64,000 nucleotides of DNA, from sequence record MZ443771.1; one strand, written 5' to 3'. Made by a program: the position numbers and the translations under genes. Position 1 is the first letter of the stretch. Each line of letters opens with the position of its first letter. This document shows, piece after piece, positions 17,866 to 28,226 of the stretch. The notes under the pieces are model-generated. The model did no database searches, was not told where the DNA came from, and worked only from the letters and a program-made list of their open reading frames with translations.

Positions 17866-20800
17866 TTACTGATATCGCACGGTGATGACTGCGGAACCGA
17901 ATGCGCGAGCGTTGGTACGATAAATCAAGACGTTTTCTGTCAGGTTATCATACACCATCTTGCCAACAATCGGACCCTTCTTGCCGTTATCACCAGTTAC
18001 AGGCCACTGAGCACCGTCAAACCCTTGCCACCCTTTGTTCACATTACCTGAACCGTCTGCGGCTGCTGAGAAGACAGCTTGACCGTATGACTGTCTGACA
18101 ACAAAGTAGCCGTACTCGTCTGTCTTGGTAGAGAGAACGAATTGACCGCCTGTCGTTGAACGTAAACGTGTCGGTAACTGAGCGAGTGCAATACTCACAC
18201 CAGTAATACCGAAAGGTGCAATGCCGAATCGAGGATAGGATGAGTACGCTGTCATGAAGTGCGTTTGCGTCAGGCGCTGCTGCCCTTCAATGTAAAGCGC
18301 TTTGACACCGAACTGCGTGTCGTTCAGCAACGTACCAATAGTCAGGCGACCAGTCTGCGCATTGATAGAGATGCCTTGCACGTCCACCACATCGCCTTTA
18401 CTGTTCGTTATCTGCCACAGGCATTTTGCGCTCACATCCTCTTTCACGAACGTACCTGTACGACCGAGCAATGCGTTCATCTGCATTGAACTGTCATCAC
18501 GCACATTCGTATAGCCACCAACTGTCAGGTCTTGCGGGAAACCAATGCCTGGGCATGTGATCTCTTGGACGAGACTGATAGTGGTGCGCTGTTCGGTAAT
18601 GATACACTCGACTTTAACTTTCTGCGGGTCTTTCGAAGCAGGGAAACGGAACGTACCGTCTTGTGCTAACGTGAACCCACTAACCGAGTCAATGACGTTC
18701 CACTGGAACTTGACTGAGTTCGCATCAGGCAAACGGCTTGAGCCAGTAGCGCCTGAACGTCGCGTATAGAAAGCAGTGAAGCGATAGTCGGTGTTCGGAC
18801 TAATGTTGCCTGGAGGATTCTCGATGTAGCCGTTGAGAATCGTGTTCTGCGTCTGCAACTCGATTGTGCGCGTACCAATGATTGTCTCATCAGCAAGACT
18901 CAATGGGTTTTGCTTGGTAAAGACAGCTCTCAGGTTAATCACACCATCAGACAGTTGCGCCTGGCCGATAAACAGATGACCGTTCAGAGGATCAATCGAC
19001 ACACCGTCAACGTTTGTCTCATCACCGATAGACCAGATAGCGTCTGTAGTTATGAGTTCGTCATCAGGGTCAATGATAACACGCAGACCGTAAGGAACGT
19101 ACCAGCGCCCATTCTCGTAACCGATAGTTGGGTTTCTGTCAGACACATCCCACACAATGTCAGGACCAGTGATGCCAATCTGACGGAGATACGTGTTAGC
19201 CTGAACAAGGAACACAAGCAACGTTTTCTCAATCTGATACTGGTCACACGTATAACGAGCGCGAATCAGCACAGCACCATTGACGTTCTGACTAGGCGTG
19301 AGTGAACCCTCGGCATCAATCTCTGCCACGCTATCCGTAGTTGGGATAAGCACTGGCGTGTTATTCGGACCAGGCTGCGTGTAATAGTTCTGCACGACTG
19401 CCCACTCTGAATCCACTTCGAGATCAAACGTCTTAGGCGTTTCCTCTGCATACGACCCATCGAGTGTACGCATCACGCCACCAGTCTTGTACGTGTTGAC
19501 CAGAGTGTATGACTCAGACAGCACATCAGCACTGATTTGCGTTGCACCCTCGATACGACTGTTAACGATGTTATTGATGCTCTCTTTAGGTGCAGGCGAA
19601 ACGATCAGGTCAATCTTATTGCTCACTCGGAAGAATGAAGCAATGACCTGAGTATACGTGTCGTAATCGTACTTGCTCTTACCTGTTTGAAGAATAGCAC
19701 CATCGAAGTATGCTTTGTTCAAGTCAGCGATACTACCAATAGCGTTGAACATTGGCAGCTTACTGACTTTCATCGCACGGAAGTCTTTGTAGTCGATAGG
19801 CGTTCTGCCCTCAACTATTTCAACGACAGACATACCGCTGTATCGACCAGGCGAGAATTGCAGGAACTTATAATCGTCTGTATCTTTGTCTGGCCAGTTG
19901 CCTGTCCACTCAGCAGCAGTCACATACTCCTGACTTCCATCCGCATACGTTGCGAGCAGACGCACGAACGTTCGGGTCTTCTCGTACATCGTGTCTGGAC
20001 ATTCAATCGTAATGCTGTCCACCAGCGAGCGCGTAGGGATGAGTTGCAGATCACGATAGTTGGTGAGATGCGTTCCTTCGAACTCATACTCCATGCTGAT
20101 ACGCGCACTACCATGCAGGTCACCCTGATAGTAAAGCACATACTCTTTCACAGTACGCCCCATAACAGGGTCATGCACGTCAATCGTTGACAGACTAACG
20201 TTAAGCGTTACCCAGCGAGCGTAGTCAGGACGGTCAGGGTCAAACTGACTTGGGTCCTGTCCTTGCTCAACAGCTTGTTGTTGCAGTCGAATGGTACGTG
20301 CTCGCGCTTCTTCGATAGCACTTGCCGACGGGATGTATTCGACTTTTACTGCGGCAGCGGCAGCATAAGACAGACCGTTATTCCACAGGCACACAACAGG
20401 CAGCATCAGCGTAGAGCCGCTACTGATTGTTGGGCTTGAACGCAGATCCACAGACTTCGGAATCATGATCGTATCGTTGACGAGAACAATGCGGTTGAAC
20501 GTCACCGTACTGTTACCATCAATGAATGTGAAGTTCAGGGCGTATGCTACAGCGTCACCAGTGACAAGAGGTGCTTCGAACTCACCAGTCTGCTGATTGA
20601 CTACAGGCAGAGCGCTTACCTGCGTTGCAGTATCAGAGCTACTGAACCAGATGCCAAACACTTCGGTATAAGCAACCACGATCGAGGGGTCACGCGCATC
20701 AATCTGAGCCTGAGTAGCAGACGCAAGCACATACAGCGCCATTGCTTTTGGTCTAACGATATCGCGTTCAACCACAGTCTCAGGAACAACGAGGTCAATC

Positions 20801-22401
20801 GTTGCCAGCTTAATGTCAGGCGCTTTCAGCACAACCTGCTTCACTGTTTCGATTGGCGTTAACTCGCCGAACGAAGCATAGATAGAAGTCAGGTAATCAC
20901 CACGCATCACTTTCGATTTGAGGACGTTCTCGACAATCTCCGTGTGCTCGCTGGTGGTACGCGCCTGAGCGATACCCAGCTTCGAAGTACCGTCGTTGTA
21001 TGTCACTGCATACTTGAGCGCAATCTCCTCGCCTTGAGGGATTTCATCGTCAACGATAATGCGCAGTTCGGTCGGCACAAGGTCTTTGACGCTGCGGTTA
21101 ACATCGAACTCTTGCGTCTTGGACATATCGAACTGTCCTTGAAACGCAACGCTGATATCAATCGTTGTGTCAGCATCGACGCTAGGCAGAGTGAGTGTCG
21201 TACCGTTGAACGTACCGAGAGATGACGACAGACCAATCATACCGCTATCTGTAAGCTCTTTCATTGAACCAGTTGCGAGGTACTTGCCATAGACACGCAC
21301 CTTAGCGCTTGCATTGCCGTACAGAGTAGGGCATTCAATGAGAAGCTCATCCGGGTCAGGTTCAACGCCGATAGGATAGATACGCGACTCAAGCAATTGT
21401 TGCGTACCGTTGTACGACAGCGTGAGGTTGATAACAGAGATCGCAAGAGGCTCATTGAAGCGCACAGCGTTACCGTCACGCTCTGCAATCCACGAACTGT
21501 CTTCTACCCACACTTCGACAGTCTGCTCGGTGTTATCGCTGTAACTGACAACGGCACCGAACGTAGTCCATTCGCCACCACGCACAAACTCAGGCTGGAT
21601 GAATGCGATAGACTGCTGCAACGGAGCGCCTACAACAAATCGACGAACAGGCTCAACGACAACATGAGCACCGAGATAAATCTTAGAACTCAGGTTGATT
21701 GCCGCATACACGCCTTCTAACACTTCTTCGATAGGAGCCCACTGATAGAACAGGTCGGCAATGCGACGATAGAACATCGCAGAACGCGCAGTGTATTGCT
21801 GAATGTCATTGTTGACAGGCTCAAAGCCTATGTGGTTGAGGAACCAATCTTCTGCTTCCTGCTGCGTCATGCCTACTTCTTGCAGTGCGTTAACGATATC
21901 CTGCTCTGCGTCTTTTGTGATCGTCAGGTCAAGTCCACCGTCAATCAGTTGCGCATCGACTTCAAGGTTAACCTTGTTCGACTTGTACCACGTACCGCCG
22001 TCTTGAATGAGAGTACCAAGAGGCGTAGGCACGAACGTCTGATAGTCTGCTGTATACAGGCGAGAAGCATCGAACTGCCCGCCTAACAACATGCCGACGA
22101 ACTTAGGCCACTGAGTTGTACCAGATACTTGCTGCCAGTCAGGTAAGCAGTCGATGACACGTTTCAATGAGGGCAAACGATACTGCATCAGGTCACGCGT
22201 GATGTTGATGCCGAGCTGGCGAATACTTTCTTCGGCCAGCTCATTGTTTGTGTCTGCATTGATACGACGAATGTTAAGCAGTTGCTTGATTGTCTCAAGG
22301 TTCTGCTCGTCGTTGTGCCCATCGAGAATCTCGAACAACTCTGCCCATGCTGGGTTGGCTTCAACGAAGTCAATGTTAAAGGCTAGAGTGTTTGATTTCA
22401 C
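17866..22401 (-). CDS. Large baseplate wedge/tail protein with multiple Ig-like domains (1511 aa)
   Basis: Follows the gp6-like gene. Repeated L.I..P..(V/I).....L.A.Y.DG Ig-like units. Confidence 0.7.
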   Translation of the reverse strand: MKSNTLAFNIDFVEANPAWAELFEILDGHNDEQNLETIKQLLNIRRINADTNNELAEESIRQLGINITRDLMQYRLPSLKRVIDCLPDWQQVSGTTQWPKFVGMLLGGQFDASRLYTADYQTFVPTPLGTLIQDGGTWYKSNKVNLEVDAQLIDGGLDLTITKDAEQDIVNALQEVGMTQQEAEDWFLNHIGFEPVNNDIQQYTARSAMFYRRIADLFYQWAPIEEVLEGVYAAINLSSKIYLGAHVVVEPVRRFVVGAPLQQSIAFIQPEFVRGGEWTTFGAVVSYSDNTEQTVEVWVEDSSWIAERDGNAVRFNEPLAISVINLTLSYNGTQQLLESRIYPIGVEPDPDELLIECPTLYGNASAKVRVYGKYLATGSMKELTDSGMIGLSSSLGTFNGTTLTLPSVDADTTIDISVAFQGQFDMSKTQEFDVNRSVKDLVPTELRIIVDDEIPQGEEIALKYAVTYNDGTSKLGIAQARTTSEHTEIVENVLKSKVMRGDYLTSIYASFGELTPIETVKQVVLKAPDIKLATIDLVVPETVVERDIVRPKAMALYVLASATQAQIDARDPSIVVAYTEVFGIWFSSSDTATQVSALPVVNQQTGEFEAPLVTGDAVAYALNFTFIDGNSTVTFNRIVLVNDTIMIPKSVDLRSSPTISSGSTLMLPVVCLWNNGLSYAAAAAVKVEYIPSASAIEEARARTIRLQQQAVEQGQDPSQFDPDRPDYARWVTLNVSLSTIDVHDPVMGRTVKEYVLYYQGDLHGSARISMEYEFEGTHLTNYRDLQLIPTRSLVDSITIECPDTMYEKTRTFVRLLATYADGSQEYVTAAEWTGNWPDKDTDDYKFLQFSPGRYSGMSVVEIVEGRTPIDYKDFRAMKVSKLPMFNAIGSIADLNKAYFDGAILQTGKSKYDYDTYTQVIASFFRVSNKIDLIVSPAPKESINNIVNSRIEGATQISADVLSESYTLVNTYKTGGVMRTLDGSYAEETPKTFDLEVDSEWAVVQNYYTQPGPNNTPVLIPTTDSVAEIDAEGSLTPSQNVNGAVLIRARYTCDQYQIEKTLLVFLVQANTYLRQIGITGPDIVWDVSDRNPTIGYENGRWYVPYGLRVIIDPDDELITTDAIWSIGDETNVDGVSIDPLNGHLFIGQAQLSDGVINLRAVFTKQNPLSLADETIIGTRTIELQTQNTILNGYIENPPGNISPNTDYRFTAFYTRRSGATGSSRLPDANSVKFQWNVIDSVSGFTLAQDGTFRFPASKDPQKVKVECIITEQRTTISLVQEITCPGIGFPQDLTVGGYTNVRDDSSMQMNALLGRTGTFVKEDVSAKCLWQITNSKGDVVDVQGISINAQTGRLTIGTLLNDTQFGVKALYIEGQQRLTQTHFMTAYSSYPRFGIAPFGITGVSIALAQLPTRLRSTTGGQFVLSTKTDEYGYFVVRQSYGQAVFSAAADGSGNVNKGWQGFDGAQWPVTGDNGKKGPIVGKMVYDNLTENVLIYRTNARAFGSAVITVRYQ

Positions 22402-23861
22402 TGGTTCATTTTCCTTTCGCTATAGATGATGTTAATGCGAAGGTTACGCAGCGCAACGTACTCAAGCACCGTGTTAGGAATGATGTCCTGAACAGGGCTT
22501 TCGATATTGCAGTAGTCTACTTCTGGACGACGCACAGGACGATCTGGATCTGTCCAGTCGTACAGCACACGGTCTGTTAAGTCAGACAACGCAAGACGTT
22601 TACCGAGAAGACCAGGGCGGCGCTCAAACAGTTTAAGCACGGACGCTTCGAGTGTCGCTTGGTTTGACTCACGGTTACCGGGCGCATCTGCATACAGCGC
22701 TACGTTGAGTGTGCAATCGATCTGTAACTTGTCAGGGTTCCACGATTGAACATCGAGCGGGCTATTGAACTGAGCAAGCCAGTTAAGGAATTTATTCCAC
22801 TGCGCAGAAGTAGGGTTAGGGTTGATGCCTCCCCACGTGCTCGTATTGCGAGGAAGTACGCACACACGCACAACGCCTTGCCACTCACGATCATTCGGGG
22901 CAATCTCTGCTTGACCCTGAACGACAACATCAGCAACGTCTGGATAGAGCGCGATAGCAGCTTTCCACTCGTCACGTCGAATCAGCTTCTTACGGCTGCG
23001 GCCAACGATTGGTGCGTAGTTGCGATAGTAGTCAACAGGCGTTTCGTCAGAGCCACCGAGAATAGCGCTAACTGTTTTACCCTGCAGCTGTGGGTTAGAC
23101 AGACACTGCACTTTGAGGCCGATGCTGTCTGTGTTGCCACTAGCACCGAGAGACTTAATGCCCTGTACGCGCATCGTATAGCCTGCCGGTGGCTGTGCTC
23201 CCCACTGCTCTCCACCGAACTGAATCTCAACGTCACCTTCATCGGTTGTCACGTCAAGGAAGATCTGCTGGTCAGCATACGCTTCAAACAGGCACTTGGT
23301 GAAACGCTGATACTCAATGCGTGTGCCTGTAGGGTGCTCGAACCAGACGCGTAGATCGTCAGTCAGTTCGAAGTTATTCGTGCCCAGCTTGATAGACATG
23401 TAATCAATAGGTGTAGGCACAATCTGGCTGAACGTGAACACTTCACCGATGATGAAGTCAACGTTCTTCACTTCGCCCGGTTCCCACTGAGTAACCTCTG
23501 CAAGCAGCGCATTGAAGTTACCGATAGTGAAAGGCGTGTACTTGTCGTATGACTGTTTGGTCGAAGACAGGTTAGCAACAGAAGCTGTTACCGTAGATAC
23601 TGACTTGCGCCCAATGTCCACGCCTAAGTAACGGGCGTTAGCGAGGATTGAAGTGTTACGACGAGCGAGGCGACTGAACGCTTCACGCGCAGCAATCAAA
23701 GACGCATACGCATTCGTCACACCGATATCGCCGAGTGCATCAGCAAGCAATGCAGTCAACGAGCTTACCTGACTGTCTGTCCAGTAGCTGGACTTATTGA
23801 TACGACTCAGGAAGTCTTGTGCAAACTCCTCGTGAGTCATATACGTGTTAAGCATGGACAT
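22398..23861 (-). CDS. Baseplate wedge protein (T4 gp6/baseplate J-like)
   Basis: Motifs AREAF..A...S....A..LG, IQFGG...G..P, GG.D.E and D..A. Confidence 0.8.
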   Translation of the reverse strand: MSMLNTYMTHEEFAQDFLSRINKSSYWTDSQVSSLTALLADALGDIGVTNAYASLIAAREAFSRLARRNTSILANARYLGVDIGRKSVSTVTASVANLSSTKQSYDKYTPFTIGNFNALLAEVTQWEPGEVKNVDFIIGEVFTFSQIVPTPIDYMSIKLGTNNFELTDDLRVWFEHPTGTRIEYQRFTKCLFEAYADQQIFLDVTTDEGDVEIQFGGEQWGAQPPAGYTMRVQGIKSLGASGNTDSIGLKVQCLSNPQLQGKTVSAILGGSDETPVDYYRNYAPIVGRSRKKLIRRDEWKAAIALYPDVADVVVQGQAEIAPNDREWQGVVRVCVLPRNTSTWGGINPNPTSAQWNKFLNWLAQFNSPLDVQSWNPDKLQIDCTLNVALYADAPGNRESNQATLEASVLKLFERRPGLLGKRLALSDLTDRVLYDWTDPDRPVRRPEVDYCNIESPVQDIIPNTVLEYVALRNLRINIIYSERKMNQ

Positions 23862-24283
23862 TACTGTGACCTCATAGCAAACGTAATTGATTGTTTGTCT
23901 TCGAGCTTAGGACAACGCCATGTGACAACACACACGTAAGTCTGCTCGTATTGATCGCTCATGGTACAGGCTGTCTGCACGTTCGTCACGTCTTGCGTCA
24001 GACCGTTGTATGGGTCTTCGAGTGCGAGGCGCATGTACGTTGCAATCCAGTCTGCTGTAGTCTGGTCGAATGGGTCAAACAGGTATTGATATACGTCTGC
24101 ACCAAAGTTCTCTCGCCACTTGCGGGAACGCTTTCTCGTACCGATTACCATGAGAATCTTCTGGACAATACTGTCCATGTTCTGCACGTTATCACGCGGT
24201 TCAAGTTGAATCCACGCATTGATATCACAATAGATGCGCTCGCTTAGTGGCACGTCTATCAGTCGAATCCCGATTCCTGCCAT
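23861..24283 (-). CDS. Baseplate wedge protein (gp25-like)
   Basis: I...I..I.T..R.R..R..FG..(V)...LFDP.D motif, next to the PAAR gene. Confidence 0.8.
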   Translation of the reverse strand: MAGIGIRLIDVPLSERIYCDINAWIQLEPRDNVQNMDSIVQKILMVIGTRKRSRKWRENFGADVYQYLFDPFDQTTADWIATYMRLALEDPYNGLTQDVTNVQTACTMSDQYEQTYVCVVTWRCPKLEDKQSITFAMRSQ

Positions 24284-24573
24284 TAGCCAAATCTCACGTT
24301 AGAACTACCATTTGATGCCGTGTCGCCGCAACTGTTAGGGTCACCTGCACGTTGAGCAGGCTTGCCATTGACACGTACACTTGAGCTTGAAGTAGCACTA
24401 CCTGTATGTGGTGGTTTCTTCGGTTTCCAGTGCGGTCGATACTTGTCGCCTTGACGAACACTCCCTTTTCCATTAACAAGCACATTAGAAGATGCTTGCG
24501 CAGGAACGACAGGGAAATAGCCGCTATGTCCAGTAGACAAATCTGTGCCTAAACGAATAGCTTTCTGACCCAT
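24283..24573 (-). CDS. PAAR-domain spike tip protein (gp5.4-like)
   Basis: AIRLGTDLSTGH...SSNVLVNG...R.GD...H...SSSVRVNGKPAQRAGD..CG motifs. Confidence 0.9.
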   Translation of the reverse strand: MGQKAIRLGTDLSTGHSGYFPVVPAQASSNVLVNGKGSVRQGDKYRPHWKPKKPPHTGSATSSSSVRVNGKPAQRAGDPNSCGDTASNGSSNVRFG

Positions 24574-24574
24574 A

Positions 24575-24697
24575 TCAATTCCCTCTTTTCATTGCTGGAA
24601 TCTTAGGAGCTTTGGGCAGTTTGAATGGCGCTGGGCTTAACTTGCGCTTGCCTTTAAGCACGTCTAAGTACAAATTCCAATCAGTAGATCTGCACAT
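24575..24697 (-). CDS. Small basic 40-aa protein, not in the ORF track (MCRSTDWNLYLDVLKGKRKLSPAPFKLPKAPKIPAMKRGN)
   Basis: AGGAG SD, GCTAATTT motif 25 nt upstream, and a stop abutting the PAAR start. Confidence 0.6.
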   Translation of the reverse strand: MCRSTDWNLYLDVLKGKRKLSPAPFKLPKAPKIPAMKRGN

Positions 24698-24721
24698 CGC
24701 TTAATCTCCTCTGTTAGACAC

Positions 24722-24729
24722 AAATTAGC
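24722..24729 (-). promoter_or_regulatory. GCTAATTT putative late promoter
   Basis: Just after a terminator, 25 nt upstream of ATG 24697. Confidence 0.6.
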
Positions 24730-24742
24730 TTGATACGCCCCA

Positions 24743-24773
24743 GAAACAAAAACGGGCGACCCGAAGGCCACCC
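24743..24773 (-). terminator. Rho-independent terminator with UUCG loop closing the gene-free interval
   Basis: GGGTGGCC-TTCG-GGTCGCCC followed by GTTTTTGTTT. Confidence 0.85.
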
Positions 24774-25980
24774 AGTTCTTGTGCTTGGAATTTTGTCGCT
24801 TATCCCCTTACGCCCGATGCAAGTGCCACACGTCATTAGACGCGGAGCCGGGATGAATGACCGAGAGTAGTGGCGCACGCCACGCCTGTAAGTGACTCTC
24901 GGGACATGATAGCAAGCGACCAAGCATCGCAATTGCTATCAGCGACAACATGAGCAATATCATTATTGTCGTACTCTCTTTAAACGAACTGGGTACATCA
25001 TGGTTTTGATCAGACTACTCCGCTGCCCTTTGCCCAACATCACTAGGGTTTCAGTTTCTTCATCTCTTTACCGCCTACGTTGCGGCGAACCGCGCACAAG
25101 AGCAACACATCAAGAGCACACGGCGGAAAATGGGAAAAGTTCCGTATGCGCTAACAGCATCACTCAAGCGAAGGAGGTGGACGTATCGGTGATCTGCGGG
25201 AGTTGATACACGTTTTAACAATCGCTATCTTTTGTGCATTAAATCGAAACAGGAACGCGATTGCCCGCTAACATTTCCTGATCGATATTTCACACCCGAG
25301 TAAGCGGGTTTTCAGCTATGGCAGTACGTCAGCAGATGGCGGCAGACACACTCCATTGAACACTGTTAAGGGCAGTGCCCAACAGGCTGTGAACAGCTTT
25401 GACCAAACGTAGAGTCGCTCGTCGCCCAACATCACTTGAGTATCTCGTCTACATTCTTTTACTCCCTAACGCCGGTACAAGGAAGTCCGACGCCATGAGG
25501 GTCTGCGGATGTTTATCACTCTAAGACTCTTCCAACTTATCCCCATACGCAGTGAATCGAGTCGTCCGCTGGATAACTCACTGCGTACCCGTCAATGCGT
25601 CGTGCGACATTGAGGAATAGTCGGTGGAAACTTTTATCATGGAGAGTAGATATCTCCCCAATGCACACTGTTATTGCCAGCCAATGTGCATCAGGCAGCG
25701 TAACTGCAAACTGCTATCCCTATAAGAGAGGCCACAACGCTGGTGGTACGTTCCGCCTGTCTACGCACCTAGAGGCAAATTGCCGTGCCATGTCTGTGCA
25801 AGAATACCAGCTGGGCCTTGTAAGCGTCAGCAGCAGAGCAATAGTCTATCGCGTGGGTGCCGGGGTTATCCTCACGATTACAGAGCGCGAACTCAAACCG
25901 GCTGGAGGCTCGTCACTGATAAACGGCAGCGACAAGTTTAATACCAGACAGCACCCGCTAAGTATACTGTCTGGCTGAGA
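24745..25980 (-). ncRNA. Candidate large structured non-coding RNA (~1.2 kb); class unknown, ends approximate
   Basis: No credible CDS. At least seven stems, several with G-U pairs that form only on the minus strand, and a 3' terminator. Confidence 0.55.
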
Positions 25981-26019
25981 CATATTGATATTACTATCTG
26001 CAATTTTTATTTACAGATT

Positions 26020-27783
26020 TTAGAACGCCTTACGCTCAACATTTGAATAAAGTGTATCGTAAGGTTCAGAGTACAGTTCAGGTCCGCGTTGTGCGCGAAT
26101 CGTCACGTAACCTGTATGACGGTTAAACGCTGTGATTTCGACTGTAGGCTGTTTAGGCTTGATGGTCGCATAAATCGGAGCATTCAGTGTAGGCTCGTCT
26201 GTCTGAATCTTATTTACAGATTGCAGAGCAGCACCAGAAACAGTCGGCAAGTTGAAACGCAGTTCAGCACGTTTCTGACCGAACGCAGCGCGAATCATAC
26301 CACGCTCCATCTCTACGCCATTCTGTTTGAGGTATGCAGCAATGCGACGAGCAATACCGGTCAACTGGTCACGAGTACGAGGGTCGAATGTACCTTCGAA
26401 ACTGATTGCTTCCGGCGGCTGACGCACGGACAGATGCAGACCAGTGTTGAAGTAACCCTCAGTCAGAAGACGCAGCACTTCTTTTACGACTTCTTGCGTG
26501 TTTGGTTTGATTGCAGCGATGCGCAGCTCAGGCACATCTACTTTGACCGGGTCGCGCAGCTCAGTTTGGTTATCCATGTAACCGAGAGACACATGCTTTG
26601 CGTTTGCATACGTGTGCTGCAATACGCCAGTAGCACGAATCAGAACAGAGCCGCCTTTAGCAATGTCGTAGAGTTCGTCGCTGGTGGTTGTGCTGAACAG
26701 GTAGTAGTCTGTAGGCACTGCCATGCGATTAACCGCTTCGACTGCTTTGGTCTGTACTTCTTTTACAGTTTTACCGAAGACTATACGACTACGGTTAGGC
26801 TGAGAAGCAGACACAGGGAAGAATGCGCCGTAAACAACTTCGACGTTCTTCTTGATAGGACGCTCAGATGGAACCTTAGTGCCGCCAGACAGAGGTGGCA
26901 GCTTCACGCCCACCAGCTTGCCTTTGACGATAGCTTTGTTTTCTTTGACAGGCTTGAGGCCGTCAATCACTTTCGCCAGATCAGCACCGCTAAGAATCTT
27001 CTCCAGCGGAACAGCGAGGTTCTGCGGCAAATAGTGTTTCTTGCGATACGAGTAGATTACGGTGTCTTTCTTGATCTGAATAGGCGTTGCCATATTGCGA
27101 CCAATAACACCGACCGGCTGGAACGTGTTTGCTTTGTCGTCAGCGATTGTGCCATAAGCCTTCGTGAACTCAGTCTGGCCGATGATGTTCGCAGCACGTA
27201 AGTGACCACGAATGATAAACACAATCTTCGGTTCGTCTTTCAGGCGCAGCTCGTAGCGGTCACGGTTCAGGTAAACCATGCTGTACTTGTCGCCTTTCTC
27301 CAGTTCGAGATCGTACTCGTCGTTAGCGTCATCGACAACGACTTTCTTACCCTGATACGTAGAGTAGGTGCGAGCGCCCGCAGACTCAGAAGCAATCTCC
27401 AGTGCCTTGCCTGTATTAGACAGCGCAACTGCGAAGTCCATAACGGCGGGCATCAGGTCGAACGAAGATGCTACTGCATACGGTTTGCGTTTCGGACCGA
27501 GCTGAACGTGTACGGCACTGCTGCTGGACATGAACACGGTATTGCCTGTGTCTTCATGAGTACCAGCGAAGTGCATACCACTAATGCGCTCGATGATGTT
27601 CGCGTTGAGTGAAGGGAATGCAATATCGCTACCGGCAGTGAAGTCATAAATTTCACCGTTGCGCCATGCGTATGCGACATTGTTCGAACTAAGACCTACA
27701 AACGCATCACCCAGCTGGCGAATCGTCAGCGGCATAATGCTTAGGTCACGAATGACTCTGTGTTGCTTTTGAATGAGGTTCAT
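26020..27783 (-). CDS. Hypothetical protein (587 aa) containing one copy of the shared SH3-like paralogue domain
   Basis: TYSTYQGK...LEKGDKYS...RYELRLKDEPKIVF resembles segments of three other proteins in this window. Confidence 0.75.
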   Translation of the reverse strand: MNLIQKQHRVIRDLSIMPLTIRQLGDAFVGLSSNNVAYAWRNGEIYDFTAGSDIAFPSLNANIIERISGMHFAGTHEDTGNTVFMSSSSAVHVQLGPKRKPYAVASSFDLMPAVMDFAVALSNTGKALEIASESAGARTYSTYQGKKVVVDDANDEYDLELEKGDKYSMVYLNRDRYELRLKDEPKIVFIIRGHLRAANIIGQTEFTKAYGTIADDKANTFQPVGVIGRNMATPIQIKKDTVIYSYRKKHYLPQNLAVPLEKILSGADLAKVIDGLKPVKENKAIVKGKLVGVKLPPLSGGTKVPSERPIKKNVEVVYGAFFPVSASQPNRSRIVFGKTVKEVQTKAVEAVNRMAVPTDYYLFSTTTSDELYDIAKGGSVLIRATGVLQHTYANAKHVSLGYMDNQTELRDPVKVDVPELRIAAIKPNTQEVVKEVLRLLTEGYFNTGLHLSVRQPPEAISFEGTFDPRTRDQLTGIARRIAAYLKQNGVEMERGMIRAAFGQKRAELRFNLPTVSGAALQSVNKIQTDEPTLNAPIYATIKPKQPTVEITAFNRHTGYVTIRAQRGPELYSEPYDTLYSNVERKAF

Positions 27784-27791
27784 ATAAATCC

Positions 27792-28226
27792 CTAATACGA
27801 AACGAGGCGGAATGCGTTCTGTTTGAGCAGGTTGAGATTACCGAGCATCAGGCTATAAGCCATAGTGCCGTATTGCTCGATCAGACTATCAGGCACAATA
27901 GACCCAAAGTAAAGAGCTTTATCTGGTCGAGTGTTAATCTCTTCCCCTACGGACTTCGCCTCATTTGGTACGACGAAGCACCATGGTTCAGCAACGTATT
28001 TACCCTTTACGTACTGAATCCTATAACCAACAGCGATGTGCTGGCCTTTGGTAGGACGGTACGAGAAAACATCCGTGTTCTGGTTGCGTGACTTGCGCAC
28101 AGCAAACAATGCCATAGTGAGAAAGCGCTGTTCAAACTGCGGGATGAACGCGTTGTCTTCGCAAATCTTTTTCAGTACCGCCTCTTGTCGCGCTTTTGGT
28201 AGCGACGAGTAGAGGTTTAAGTTCAT
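27792..28226 (-). CDS. Hypothetical protein (144 aa)
   Basis: ORF coupled to its neighbours. No family recognised. Confidence 0.7.
   Translation of the reverse strand: MNLNLYSSLPKARQEAVLKKICEDNAFIPQFEQRFLTMALFAVRKSRNQNTDVFSYRPTKGQHIAVGYRIQYVKGKYVAEPWCFVVPNEAKSVGEEINTRPDKALYFGSIVPDSLIEQYGTMAYSLMLGNLNLLKQNAFRLVSY

Noticed and set aside
25139-25200. Resemblance to group II intron domain V (CCGTATGCG...ACGTATCGG) on the plus strand
   Set aside because: The AGC/CGC catalytic triad is absent, the loop is too long, there is no interrupted gene or RT, and the wobble pairs favour the opposite strand.
25488-25905. AAGGAAGTCC...AAACCGGCT resembling RNase P RNA P4 motifs
   Set aside because: Both matches are imperfect, their spacing is longer than in typical RNase P RNA, and they are on the disfavoured strand. 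An Rfam scan would settle it.
25595-25978. 127-aa plus-strand ORF, and short ORFs at 25000..25206 and 24714..24932, in the structured interval
   Set aside because: No convincing SD, atypical composition, and 24714..24932 runs through a terminator. RNA structure explains the region better.
24745-25980. Possible CRISPR-like array or tRNA/tmRNA cluster
   Set aside because: The repeats are short, few and irregularly spaced. I saw no cloverleaf, T-arm consensus or tmRNA termini.
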